A stretch of DNA of 64,000 nucleotides. Source: an uncultured Chloroflexia bacterium (GTDB lineage: Bacteria > Chloroflexota > Limnocylindria > Limnocylindrales > CSP1-4). Numbering within the stretch: the stretch's first letter is position 1; each line of letters starts with the position of its first letter. Location of the stretch: positions 64,001 through 128,000 of the forward strand of contig OY970218.1 in assembly GCA_963713975.1 (NCBI GenBank), written 5' to 3'. Of this stretch, positions 38,214 through 47,656 are shown in pieces. A program made the translations under genes and the position numbers. The notes below the pieces were generated by a model that did no database searches, was not told the DNA's origin, and was given only the letters and a program-made list of their open reading frames with translations.

Positions 38214-38819
38214 TCAGCCGCGCGAGGCCGTCTTGCGCTCGATCAGGGCGAGTGCCTCGCGCAGGCGCGTGAGCGATTCCTCGTCCACGCTGTCCGGCTC
38301 GAGATAGGGCCCGAGGCGCTCCATGATGTCGGTCACGAGGCCCAGGAAGACGGCAGCGTCGGCCACGAAGAACTGCGGCTCGTTGTTGTAGCGGACCATC
38401 GTGAGCCGGCCCTGCAGCACCCGGCGCTCCTCCACGTGGGCGACCTGGGTGCTGAAGTTGTGGCCCTGGATGCCGTCGGGGTTGTTGAGGAAGTTGAGCG
38501 CGTTGTCGATCGCCAAGCCGAAGCGGGCGCGCCATGCGACCAGCCGCTCGTAGACCTCCGGCGGGATCCGGACCTCCGCGACCTCCTCGAACACCTCGGG
38601 AGCCACCGTGACCAGGCCCACGAGGGTGGTGCCGGCGCGGGCACCCAGCATCACCTGGAGGCTGCGCTCCAGGGTGAACACCTCGGAGTCGAAGCGCGGG
38701 CTCGTGATGACGTCGGTCAGCAGGTCCTCGACGTTGTCCAGGCTGCCCGGGTCGTTGACGGCGTCGGCGAGATGGAGGATCTCCTCCTTGAAGAGGAACT
38801 TCTCCTCGTGGTCAAGCAT
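38214..38819 (-). CDS. Hypothetical protein (201 aa)
   Basis: Globular acidic composition, TACCAT box 6 nt before ATG, stop 16 nt before the next gene. Confidence 0.8.
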   Translation of the reverse strand: MLDHEEKFLFKEEILHLADAVNDPGSLDNVEDLLTDVITSPRFDSEVFTLERSLQVMLGARAGTTLVGLVTVAPEVFEEVAEVRIPPEVYERLVAWRARFGLAIDNALNFLNNPDGIQGHNFSTQVAHVEERRVLQGRLTMVRYNNEPQFFVADAAVFLGLVTDIMERLGPYLEPDSVDEESLTRLREALALIERKTASRG

Positions 38820-38939
38820 GGCGCGATGGTAACAGGGGCCGACGCTCGCTCGAGCCGGTTGTCCCTGCTCGGGTTGGTCCCTGATCCGGGCCCGGGCGTC
38901 GGCCTCTGGGCGCGGACCGGACGTGCGACCGGCCCCAGT

Positions 38940-39125
38940 CGCTCGGCGGCTCCCGGAGCCATGGGACCACGGCCCGGAACTGGGGCTTGGCGATCGCATT
39001 TCCAGGCGCGCACCCGGTCCGGGTCGAGGCGACGCGGTTGCGGATGCCACCCGTGGAGCGCGACACGGCGATGATCCTGCTGCCCTCGACGCGCATGAGC
39101 TGCGCGGCAATGGCGCCCGCGATAC
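38940..39125 (-). pseudogene. Frameshifted internal fragment of a Glu/Leu/Phe/Val dehydrogenase gene
   Basis: IAGAIAAQLMRVEGSRIIAVS..TGGI, then in a shifted frame LDPDRVRAWK; the intact gdh reads NAGSIAARLMADEGSKIIAVSDTGGAI..LDVDRVLSWK. Confidence 0.75.
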
Positions 39126-39158
39126 TTGTTCTCAGGAGCCCGGGGGTCGGCGGTTGAC

Positions 39159-39953
39159 TCAGGGGCGGTGAGGTCCGGAGCGAGATGAACCGTGTTGCAG
39201 CAACCGGGCGGCTCGCGCAGGAGTCATGAAGAGCGCGACGAGGAATGCCGCGAGTCCGACAGTCCATGGGAGCCCCGTGCCGATCCCGTGGCTCGGTGAC
39301 TGCTCAGGGCTGGTCACGGAAGGCGCCGTGTCGGTCGGGGGCGGCGCTGCCGCGATCGCCCGGACCTCCGCCGCGCTCAACCGTTCCATCCTGGGCAGGA
39401 AGAAGTGATGGGGGCGCGAGGGCTTGACGAACGCGACCGCCGTGATCGTGCGACGCTGCCCCGGCAGATGGGCGCCATAGGCGAGCGCCAGCCGTTCGCC
39501 CACCCTGCGTACCGTGAGTGAGGAGTCTCCGGGGCAGATCGTCTCCGGCAGGCCGGAGTGCAGCGCCGCGATCTCGAGCTCATTCGGCGCCGTCCCACGG
39601 AGGACCTCGTCGACGCGCAGCATGAAGCGGTTGTTGATCCTGCCGCCCGGCGTCCAGGTGACGGTGCCGATGAGGATCGTCGTCGCGCTGGGGGCCGCCT
39701 GCCGGAACGAGGGCCACGGGTCGAGTTGCGAGCAGTCCGCCAACGCCGCGGAGGGCGTCGCCATCGATAGGGGCCCGAGACTCAGCGTCGCCACGACGAG
39801 CGTGACCACCGGACGCATGCGGCTAAGCGCGGGGCCCGGCAGCAGGAGCCCAGCCGCCAACGCGGTTGCGGCGAACCGTGAGACGGCCGCCGCCAATGAT
39901 GACGGGATCCTGCGCCGAGCTCTTGCCACGACCGCCGCGTTCGACTGCTTCAT
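39159..39953 (-). CDS. Hypothetical exported protein with C-terminal membrane anchor
   Basis: Signal-like ALA-DC, two Cys, PPTDT linker, C-terminal TM; GGAGGAGG RBS; start uncertain. Confidence 0.6.
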   Translation of the reverse strand: MKQSNAAVVARARRRIPSSLAAAVSRFAATALAAGLLLPGPALSRMRPVVTLVVATLSLGPLSMATPSAALADCSQLDPWPSFRQAAPSATTILIGTVTWTPGGRINNRFMLRVDEVLRGTAPNELEIAALHSGLPETICPGDSSLTVRRVGERLALAYGAHLPGQRRTITAVAFVKPSRPHHFFLPRMERLSAAEVRAIAAAPPPTDTAPSVTSPEQSPSHGIGTGLPWTVGLAAFLVALFMTPARAARLLQHGSSRSGPHRP

Positions 39954-40072
39954 CCGACGCCTCCTCCCAATGAGTCGGGCCCCTTGCCGTCGATGGGCAC
40001 AGTGAAACAAGGAAGGCCCCCGGGCAGTGCCACTCGACCTTCGCAGCTGTCGTCGTGAGGTCCTCGGAAACG

Positions 40073-40102
40073 CCACCGGCCCGGGCGAACCCGGGCCGGT
40101 GG
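40073..40102 (-). terminator. Hairpin downstream of gdh (likely terminator)
   Basis: Perfect 13-bp stem CCACCGGCCCGGG with UUCG loop on the minus strand, followed by CGUUU. Confidence 0.7.
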
Positions 40103-40139
40103 AATGCTCGTCTGGCGGCCGTCAACGGTCGCGGTGGAG

Positions 40140-41405
40140 TTACGGGTAGAGGCCGCGGAGGGCGGTGGCGTCGGCGACGCGCTTGACGGCAACGAGGTAC
40201 GCCGCCGTCCGCATGTCCACTTCCTGGAGCTTCGCCATCGCGAGGACCTCCGCGAAGGAGCGGTCCATGATCTCCTTGAGCTTGGCGTTGACGACGGCCT
40301 CGCTCCAGTGGTCGCGGTTGAGGTCCTGGACCCACTCGAAGTAGCTGACGGTCACGCCGCCGGCGTTCGCGAGGATGTCCGGGATCATGAACACGCCCTT
40401 CTTCGCCAGGATCCGGTCGGCCTCCGGTGTCGTGGGGCCGTTGGCGGCCTCGGCGACGATCCTGGCCTTCACGTTGTCGGCGTTGGCGACCGTGATCTGG
40501 TTCTCGTAGGCGGCCGGGATCAGGATGTCGCAGGGCAGCTCGAGCAGCTCCCCGTTGGTGATCGTCGTGGTGCCCGGGAAGCCGACGACGGTGCCGTGCT
40601 CCTTCTTCCAGGACAGGACGCGGTCGACATCGAGACCGTTCGGGTTCGTGATGGCACCGCCGGTGTCGGAGACGGCGATGATCTTCGAGCCTTCGTCGGC
40701 CATGAGCCGCGCGGCGATGGAACCGGCGTTCCCGAAGCCCTGGACGACCGTTGTCGACGTCGCGAGGTCGAGGCCGACCTGCGCCGCCGCGTCCACGATC
40801 GTGAACACGCAGCCGCGGGCGGTCGCCTCGTTGCGCCCTTCCGATCCGCCGAGGCTGATCGGCTTGCCGGTGACCACGCCCGGGACCGTGTAGCCCGCGT
40901 GCATGGAGTAGGTGTCCATGAACCAGGCCATGATCTGCGGCGTAGTGTTGACGTCCGGCGCCGGGATGTCGCGCTCGGGTCCGATCAGCACCGAGATCTC
41001 GGTGAAGTACCGGCGGCTGAGGCCCTCGAGCTCCTTCTGGGACAGCTTCTTGGGGTCGACGCTGACGCCGCCCTTGCCGCCGCCGTACGGGATGCCGACC
41101 ACTGCGCACTTCCAGGTCATCCACATCGCGAGGGCCTTGACCTCGTCGAGGGTGACGTCCTGGTGGTAGCGGATACCACCCTTGGCGGGGCCGCGGGTCA
41201 GGTTGTGCTGCACGCGGTAGCCCGCGAACACCTCGACAGTCCCGTCGTCCATGTGGACCGGGAAGTGGACGGTGAGCTCGCGGCGCGGCTCGCGCAGGAC
41301 GCGACGCAGACCCGGGTCGAGATTGAGCATTTCGGCAGCAAGGTCGAACTGCTGCTGGGCAACCTGCCAGGCGTTGATGGCCGCCGTAGCGTTTTCCGTG
41401 GTCAT
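40140..41405 (-). CDS. gdhA: Glu/Leu/Phe/Val dehydrogenase (glutamate dehydrogenase)
   Basis: GPAKGGIRY, MTWKCA, GGGKGG, DIPAPD, VQGFGNAG, EAANGP, NAGGVTVSYFEWVQ. Confidence 0.95.
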   Translation of the reverse strand: MTTENATAAINAWQVAQQQFDLAAEMLNLDPGLRRVLREPRRELTVHFPVHMDDGTVEVFAGYRVQHNLTRGPAKGGIRYHQDVTLDEVKALAMWMTWKCAVVGIPYGGGKGGVSVDPKKLSQKELEGLSRRYFTEISVLIGPERDIPAPDVNTTPQIMAWFMDTYSMHAGYTVPGVVTGKPISLGGSEGRNEATARGCVFTIVDAAAQVGLDLATSTTVVQGFGNAGSIAARLMADEGSKIIAVSDTGGAITNPNGLDVDRVLSWKKEHGTVVGFPGTTTITNGELLELPCDILIPAAYENQITVANADNVKARIVAEAANGPTTPEADRILAKKGVFMIPDILANAGGVTVSYFEWVQDLNRDHWSEAVVNAKLKEIMDRSFAEVLAMAKLQEVDMRTAAYLVAVKRVADATALRGLYP

Positions 41406-41681
41406 GGAGTGGACGATCCTCGTGGCGGGACGGTGGACGCCGCCCCTTGTGCTTGGGCCATCTTCCGGACGACCCCACGGGGGCGTGTGCGCCGCCGGCC
41501 TTGGCATGGCCGACCGGGCGTACACGTCGCCTCTGGGGATCGAGTATAGCCGCGGAGGCCCGTCGACCATGGGCCGACCGTCACCCGGCCGCAACCAATC
41601 CGTCACCCTGCCGTCCCTGTCGAGTGGCAGGGGTCGACGGCGCTCCCGAGCGGCTCGAACCGACCGGCAGCCCTGCCCGGA

Positions 41682-42527
41682 TCACTCCGCCTGGATCACC
41701 ACCGCGCCGACGCAGCCCGGCCCCAGGTGGGGGCCCACGGACGGCCCGACCGTCATCACCTGGACCTGGGACGCGTCCAGCCCGGATCGTTCGAGGAACC
41801 GGTCGCGGAACTCCTCCGCGTCGGCCCGGGTCGTGTGCAGGATCGACGCCCGCTCGAGCGGCCTGCGGGTCAGCAGCTCCAGAGCCCGCTCCCGGGCCTT
41901 GGCGCGTGTTCGCACCCGGTCTGCGTTCTCCACCACCCCGTCGATCACGGTGATGATCGGCTTGATCGAGAGCATCGTGCCGACGGCCGCCCGGGTGCCG
42001 CTGATGCGACCACCGCGCTTGAGGTACTCGAGCGTGTCCAGGGCCACGTACAGGTCCACGCGCGCCTTCCGCTCTTCGATGAGACGTGCGATCTCGCCGC
42101 CCGAGAGCCCCTGCGCCGCGAGCTCGGCACCGATCTGCGCGAGCATCCCGTGACCCATGGACGCCGACCTGGAGTCGATCACGTGGATCTCGTGATCGGG
42201 CAGGCTGGCGGCGCCGATCTGGGCTGCCTTGAGGGTCCCGGACAGGTCGCCCGACACGGTCACGCAGACGACCGCATCGGCACCGGCATCGAAGGCGGCC
42301 TGGTAGGCGACGGTGAAGTCGCCAGGGGAGGCGGCGGCGGTGGTGGGGAACGGCGAGTCGGGGGCCGTCATCCGGGCCCAGAACTCATCGGTCGTCATGG
42401 TGACGTTGGGGCGGAACGAATCCGGGCCAAAGCTCACGACCAGCGGGACGACGGTGATCCCCGCGCTTGCGGCGACGTCGGGCGGCAGATCGCTCGCGGA
42501 GTCGGTGACGATCGCGACATGGGACAC
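41682..42527 (-). CDS. DegV/FakB fatty-acid-binding protein
   Basis: IVTDSASDL, S..LSGT, IDSRSASMG, LEYLKRGGRI, HLGPG. Confidence 0.93.
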   Translation of the reverse strand: MSHVAIVTDSASDLPPDVAASAGITVVPLVVSFGPDSFRPNVTMTTDEFWARMTAPDSPFPTTAAASPGDFTVAYQAAFDAGADAVVCVTVSGDLSGTLKAAQIGAASLPDHEIHVIDSRSASMGHGMLAQIGAELAAQGLSGGEIARLIEERKARVDLYVALDTLEYLKRGGRISGTRAAVGTMLSIKPIITVIDGVVENADRVRTRAKARERALELLTRRPLERASILHTTRADAEEFRDRFLERSGLDASQVQVMTVGPSVGPHLGPGCVGAVVIQAE

Positions 42528-42693
42528 GGTCCTGGCTCCTTCTCGGACGAGGTCGGCGGCCGCCCGCCTGGCGGATACCTCGTCGCGTGGATCATACGGA
42601 CCGGGTTCGCGCCGGGAACCACCGGGCGACACGGCGCACGGGGCCACCGGTACGACCGCCGCCGGGGGGTCTCGACCCGATACGCTGCACGGC

Positions 42694-43980
42694 ATGGACA
42701 TGGCGCGTCCCGTCCTTGCGGTCATCATCGGCACCTTCACGCTGCGTCTCGCGACCGGCGTGACCGGCGCCATGCTCATCTACTACTACGCCGCGTTCCC
42801 GGCGCACGGCGGGGGGACGGTGGATGCGTGGGAGGTGGGCGTCCTCGGCGCACTGTTCTACGCAAGCGAGCTGCTGCTGTCGCCCGTCTTCGGCGTTCTG
42901 TCGGACCGCGTCGGGCACCGGCGGATCATGCTCCTGGGCCCGGCTTTCGGGGCGGTCGCGGTGATCATCACGGCGTTCACGGTGAGCCTGCCCGTGATCG
43001 GGCTCACGCGCCTGCTGGAGGGGGCATCCACGGCGGCATCGGTCCCATCGATCCTCGGGTTCATCGCCTTCGCGACCGCGAGCAGCGAGCTGCTGCGGGG
43101 CAAGGCCGTCGCGCGCTTCGAGGCGGCGACGCTCGCGGGCCTGATGCTGGGGTTCGTGGTTGCGGGCCCGCTGTTCAGCGCCCTGGGACCCGCGGCATTC
43201 CTGGTCAATGCGTTGGTGTACGGCGTGTCCTACGCGATCTACCGCTGGGGCGTCCCGGTGGACGCGGAGCCGGAGCCGGCGGCGCGCAGCCACGATGCCG
43301 GCGAAGGCCTGCGGCGCTACCTGCGGATCCTGCGCGGCTCGCACGTCTGGCTCCTGGCGCCCACCTGGATCGCCCTCAACGCGACGCTGGGCCTGTACAC
43401 CAGCCAGACGCTGTTCCAGCTGGTGCGGGAGCCGGACCCGAGCTTCGCCGGCCAGCAGCTGATGGGCGGCTTCGACCCGCTCCAGGTAAGTGCCGTCCTG
43501 GCAGTGGCAGGGCTGCTGTTCTTCGCTGGCCTGTTCTACTGGGGCGGCAGGTTCCGCTCCCTGCGCCGGAGCTCGATCATCATCTATGGCATCGGCGGTG
43601 GCGTGGCGCTGCTGCTTGCCGCCATGGCGATCAACCATGCGGCGGGCGCCCCCCCGCTGATGCTGATTGCCCTGATCGTCGCCGCCGGCGCCGGCCTGTT
43701 CGTGCTGGCCGGGGCAACGCCGGCGGCGATCGGGCTCCTCGCCGACATGACAGAGGCCTACCCCGACGACCGGGGGGCGATCATGGGCCTGTACTCGGTG
43801 TTCCTCGGACTGGGGCAGATCGTGGGCAGCATCATGGGCGGCATCGCGGCGGAGAGCGCGGGGCTCGACGGGATCTTCGTGGCATCGTTCATCCTGCTCG
43901 CTATCGCCATCCTCCCGATCAGTCGCCTGCGCCGCTACGAGCACCGCGTGGGCCGCGTGGAGAACCCGGTCCATGGTTGA
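42694..43980 (+). CDS. MFS transporter
   Basis: FGVLSDRVGHRR (motif A), about 12 TM segments. Confidence 0.9.
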   Translation: MDMARPVLAVIIGTFTLRLATGVTGAMLIYYYAAFPAHGGGTVDAWEVGVLGALFYASELLLSPVFGVLSDRVGHRRIMLLGPAFGAVAVIITAFTVSLPVIGLTRLLEGASTAASVPSILGFIAFATASSELLRGKAVARFEAATLAGLMLGFVVAGPLFSALGPAAFLVNALVYGVSYAIYRWGVPVDAEPEPAARSHDAGEGLRRYLRILRGSHVWLLAPTWIALNATLGLYTSQTLFQLVREPDPSFAGQQLMGGFDPLQVSAVLAVAGLLFFAGLFYWGGRFRSLRRSSIIIYGIGGGVALLLAAMAINHAAGAPPLMLIALIVAAGAGLFVLAGATPAAIGLLADMTEAYPDDRGAIMGLYSVFLGLGQIVGSIMGGIAAESAGLDGIFVASFILLAIAILPISRLRRYEHRVGRVENPVHG

Positions 43981-45631
43981 GGCGGCAATGGTCCCGGCCC
44001 GGCTCGCCCGGGGAGCCCGTGGCGCGGTCGTGGCGCCGCACCACCTTGCGACCGCCGCCGGTCTCGCGGTCCTCGCCGCCGGCGGCCACGCCGTGGATGC
44101 CGCCATCGCGACCAACGCCGTGCTGGGGGTGGTGATGCCCAACGGCTGCGGGCTCGGGGGCGACGCCTTCTGGCTGGTGTGGGACGAGGTGGCCGGCGAG
44201 CAGGTCGCCCTCAACGGCTCGGGACGGGCTCCGGCCGCCGCGGACGCGGCCGCCATCCGGAACCGGGGCCTGGACCGCATCCCATTGCGCGGTCCGCTCG
44301 GCATCACCGTTCCGGGCGCGGTCCGGTCATGGGCCGACGCCCATCGTCGCTGGGGTCGCCTGGGGCGGGACGTGGTCCTGGCACCGGCGATCGAACAGGC
44401 CGGGGCGGGATTTCCCGCATGGGCCGGCCTGGTCTCGGCGGTGGAGAGCACCGACGCGAGCCTTGGCAACGCACCCTGGACGGCCGGGTTCCGGCAGACC
44501 TGGCGGCCGGCGGGTCGTCCATGGCGGCCCGGCGAGCTTGTCCGGCTGCCCGCCCTGGCATCGACCCTGCAGACGCTCGCGACGGACGGCTTCGACGCCT
44601 TCTACGACGGCGACCTGGGGGAGAGGACCGCAGCCGGACTTGCCGCGGCGGGGGGCCTCCACGGGCCGGCCGACCTGCGCGAGCACCGCAGCACGTGGGC
44701 GACGCCGATCGAGACCACCTACCGCGGCGTCCGGGTGACGACACACCCGCCCAATAGCAGCGGCGTCATCGCCCTTGAGATCCTCAATATCCTGGAGCGG
44801 TTCGAGCCGCCCGACGGGGCGAGGTTCGGAGGTCGCGCCTGGTCCGACGCACGGTGGACGCACCTCCAGCTCGAAGCGGCCAAGCTCGCGTATGGGGACC
44901 GCGACGCCCTCCTGACGGACCCCGCCTTCCGCGACGTGCCCGTCGGACGCCTGCTGTCCGGGGATTACACCGCGGACCTGGCGGCGAGGATCAACCCCCG
45001 GCGAGCGGACCCCTCCCCTCCCCCGGCGCGCACGCTCGTCGGCGGCACGATCTGGCTCGGGGTCGTGGACGCAGACGGCAACGCGGTGAGCCTGATCCAG
45101 TCCAACGCTGCCGGCTTCGGTTCCGGCGTCCTGGACCCCGCGACGGGGATCCACTTCCAGAACCGCGGTGCCTCGTTCTCGCTGGATCCGGCACACCCCA
45201 ACGTGCTCGAGGCTGGCAAGCGGACGGCGCACACGCTCCTGCCCGGGATGCTGTTCCGCTCCGGCGAGCGCCGGCCGTGGGTCGTCGCCGGGTCCATGGG
45301 CGGGGACATCCAGCCGCAGATCCACGTCCAACTGGTGTCCGCGCTCGTGGACGGAGGAGCGGACCTCGCAACGGCAGTTGCCGCGCCACGGGTGACGGTC
45401 GAGCCGGACGGCTGGCTCGCGCCGCCGGTGCGCGTGCAGGCCGACGGGGAGCTTGAGGATGGCGTGCAGGCGGCGCTCGAGACACTCGGCCACCGCGTCG
45501 GACGGACCGCGTACGACGGCAGCCTGGGCCATGAGCACGCGATCGAGCTGGTCGATGGCGGCCCCGCATCGGGCGGCTCGCTGGCAGCCATGACCGACCC
45601 CCGCAGCGCGGGCCTGCCGGCGGTCCGCTGA
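43973..45631 (+). CDS. ggt: Gamma-glutamyltransferase family Ntn hydrolase (cytoplasmic, YwrD/HpxW-like)
   Basis: GGHAVDAAIA, GLGGDAF, TVPGAV, PPNS, GGT nucleophile Thr (TIWLGVVD), QNRG, GSMGGDIQPQ, DPRS; no signal peptide. Confidence 0.9.
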   Translation: MVEAAMVPARLARGARGAVVAPHHLATAAGLAVLAAGGHAVDAAIATNAVLGVVMPNGCGLGGDAFWLVWDEVAGEQVALNGSGRAPAAADAAAIRNRGLDRIPLRGPLGITVPGAVRSWADAHRRWGRLGRDVVLAPAIEQAGAGFPAWAGLVSAVESTDASLGNAPWTAGFRQTWRPAGRPWRPGELVRLPALASTLQTLATDGFDAFYDGDLGERTAAGLAAAGGLHGPADLREHRSTWATPIETTYRGVRVTTHPPNSSGVIALEILNILERFEPPDGARFGGRAWSDARWTHLQLEAAKLAYGDRDALLTDPAFRDVPVGRLLSGDYTADLAARINPRRADPSPPPARTLVGGTIWLGVVDADGNAVSLIQSNAAGFGSGVLDPATGIHFQNRGASFSLDPAHPNVLEAGKRTAHTLLPGMLFRSGERRPWVVAGSMGGDIQPQIHVQLVSALVDGGADLATAVAAPRVTVEPDGWLAPPVRVQADGELEDGVQAALETLGHRVGRTAYDGSLGHEHAIELVDGGPASGGSLAAMTDPRSAGLPAVR

Positions 45632-45775
45632 GGCCCGCGCTCCGGTCTGTTGACGTACGCGTGCCGGTCTGCCGACCCCGATTGAGCCGGGACCGGATGG
45701 TATCCTCCGCCAGCCGGTGGCAGTCGCGATGCACGCATTGCCTCCCTCGGCACGAGTGTGACAGCGGAGGGATCG

Positions 45776-46048
45776 GTGACCTCGAACGTCGGCCAGAACT
45801 ACCCCTATACCAGCGAGACCGAGGCGGAGCGTGCGACGCGCATCGCAGCGCTCGTCGAGGGGCGCGAGGGCCTGGCCGAGAAGCTCCGGGCAGAGGCGAG
45901 CGATCTGGATCACAACGATCGCTGGTGGGTGTGGAAGTGCCCCACCGCCGGTTGCGAGGGCCTCCTTCACGCGGCGGGCTACGCCGCCGAGAAGCACGCC
46001 GTCTACACGGTGTGCGATGGGACCTGCGCCCGGACCTTCCTCCGTTAG
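45776..46048 (+). CDS. Small Cys/His-rich hypothetical protein (possible zinc ribbon)
   Basis: GGAGG RBS; WWVWKCPTAGC...H...CDGTC. Confidence 0.75.
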   Translation: MTSNVGQNYPYTSETEAERATRIAALVEGREGLAEKLRAEASDLDHNDRWWVWKCPTAGCEGLLHAAGYAAEKHAVYTVCDGTCARTFLR

Positions 46049-46060
46049 CCCCGGCGGGGC

Positions 46061-46897
46061 ATGACCATCCCGGCGGAGGACGTCGCCGGCCCGGCCCCGG
46101 CATCGCCCAACCTGTCCCATGCCCGCAACCGGCTCCTGCTCGACACGGCGGGAATCGCCGTGTCCGCCATCGGCTTCGGGTTCGTGTTCGGGCTTGCCGC
46201 TCGCAACGCGGGCTACTCCCCCATCGAGGCGAGCGCGATGAGCGTCTTCGCGTTCGCCGGGGCAGCGCAGTTCGCGGCGGTCGGCTACGTGAGCGCCGGG
46301 TTGCCGTGGCTGCCGATCCTGGTGCTCACGTTCTTCCTCAACGCCCGCCACCTGCTGTACAGCGCCTCGCTGGCTCCGCGCCTGCGCGCCGTTCCTTTCG
46401 CCCAGCGCGCCGCCATGGCGCACGTGCTCACGGACGAGGCCTTCGCGCTGGCGGCGGCGCACTTCCACCGGGTGGGGCGCGTGGACGTGCCCGGGTACTG
46501 GATCGGGGCGATCCTGGGCGTGTTCATTCCGTGGAACCTCGCCACGCTCGCCGGCGTGCTGCTGGGTGGCGCCATCGTCGACCCGTCGGCATTCGGGCTC
46601 GACATGGTGTTCCCCGCCGCGATGGCAGGGCTGGCCGTGGGGCTCATCACGGGCCGCCGCGAGATCGTGGCCGCGAGTGCCGGTGCCGGTCTCGGCGTGA
46701 CGCTCTCGGTCCTGGCGGGACCCAGCGCGGGCATCGTGGCGGGCGGGCTGCTGGGGCCCCTGGTCGCGATGGCGATGCCCGAAGGCGGACCGCACGTCGT
46801 CCCCGAGTCGGACCTGACCGGGCTCCCCGTGGACGTCGACGGGGCCATGGTCGAGGTGGAGGAGCTGGGCGGGTCACCGGCCGGGGACACCCGATGA
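46061..46897 (+). CDS. azlC: AzlC-family branched-chain amino acid exporter, large subunit
   Basis: MSVFAFAGAAQF, LNARHLLYS, LTDEAFA, GLDMVFPA. Confidence 0.9.
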   Translation: MTIPAEDVAGPAPASPNLSHARNRLLLDTAGIAVSAIGFGFVFGLAARNAGYSPIEASAMSVFAFAGAAQFAAVGYVSAGLPWLPILVLTFFLNARHLLYSASLAPRLRAVPFAQRAAMAHVLTDEAFALAAAHFHRVGRVDVPGYWIGAILGVFIPWNLATLAGVLLGGAIVDPSAFGLDMVFPAAMAGLAVGLITGRREIVAASAGAGLGVTLSVLAGPSAGIVAGGLLGPLVAMAMPEGGPHVVPESDLTGLPVDVDGAMVEVEELGGSPAGDTR

Positions 46898-47226
46898 GCA
46901 CCCAACTGGTCCTCCTGGCACTGCTCATGGCTGCCGTGACCTATCCCTCCCGCGCGTTGCCCCTCCTCGCCCCGGGCATCGAGCGACTGCCGCCGCGTGC
47001 CCTGCTCTACCTGCGGCTGGTGGGTCCGGCGATCCTTGCGGCCATCGCCGCCACGGAGGTGCTCGTCCAGGCGGACGATGCCGGCGCGCGGTCGATCGTC
47101 CTGGGTCCGGAGATCCTGGGCCTCGTGGCGTGCGTGGCGATCGTGGCCTGGCGCCGGAACCTGCTCCTCGGCCTGGTCGGCGGCGTGGGGCTGGTCGCGA
47201 TCCTCCGGGCTGCGGGCGTCGGGTAG
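46894..47226 (+). CDS. azlD: AzlD-family small subunit
   Basis: VTYPSRALP, L..VGPAILAA; ATGA overlap with azlC. Confidence 0.85.
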   Translation: MSTQLVLLALLMAAVTYPSRALPLLAPGIERLPPRALLYLRLVGPAILAAIAATEVLVQADDAGARSIVLGPEILGLVACVAIVAWRRNLLLGLVGGVGLVAILRAAGVG

Positions 47227-47238
47227 GACCGGCGTCGG

Positions 47239-47625
47239 TCAGGCTCGACGAGCCTCGGCCTCCACCTCGACGAGCAGGCTCGGCCGAATCAGTCGTGCCA
47301 CGACCACCAGCGTCGCCGCGGGCCGGACGCGCCCGAACAGCTCACCGTGCACGGCGGCAACCGCGTCAGCGTCAGCAGGATCCGTGAGGTACATCCGGGT
47401 CCGGACCACGTCCTCGACCGCGAACCCGGCCTCCTCCAGCGCTGCCGCGACGATCGCGAACGCCGCACGTACCTGCGCCGGCGCGTCACCCGGGTGCAGC
47501 GACTCGCCGTCCGGGCCCGCGTCGGTGGTGCCCGAGACGAAGCAGGCGTCCCCGACGGCGACGGCCCGGGCGTACCCCGCCCTCGCCTCCCACGGCCCAC
47601 CGCTCGCGACCTGGCGACGGCTCAT
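47239..47625 (-). CDS. Rid (YjgF/YER057c) family protein, subfamily lacking the catalytic Arg
   Basis: WE...GYARAV, FVSGTT, VVRTRMY, RPAAT, LVEVEAEA. Confidence 0.88.
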   Translation of the reverse strand: MSRRQVASGGPWEARAGYARAVAVGDACFVSGTTDAGPDGESLHPGDAPAQVRAAFAIVAAALEEAGFAVEDVVRTRMYLTDPADADAVAAVHGELFGRVRPAATLVVVARLIRPSLLVEVEAEARRA

Positions 47626-47656
47626 TGGCGACCCCGGGTCGCAGCGCGACGCCGGA

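Noticed and set aside
39960-40070. Possible riboswitch upstream of the 39953 gene (GAAGGUC...GGCCUUC-CUUGUUU)
   Set aside because: No recognisable aptamer consensus; could be just a second terminator after gdh
47239-47625. Calling the Rid protein ridA (enamine deaminase)
   Set aside because: RPAAT in place of the RPAR motif, so the catalytic Arg is missing
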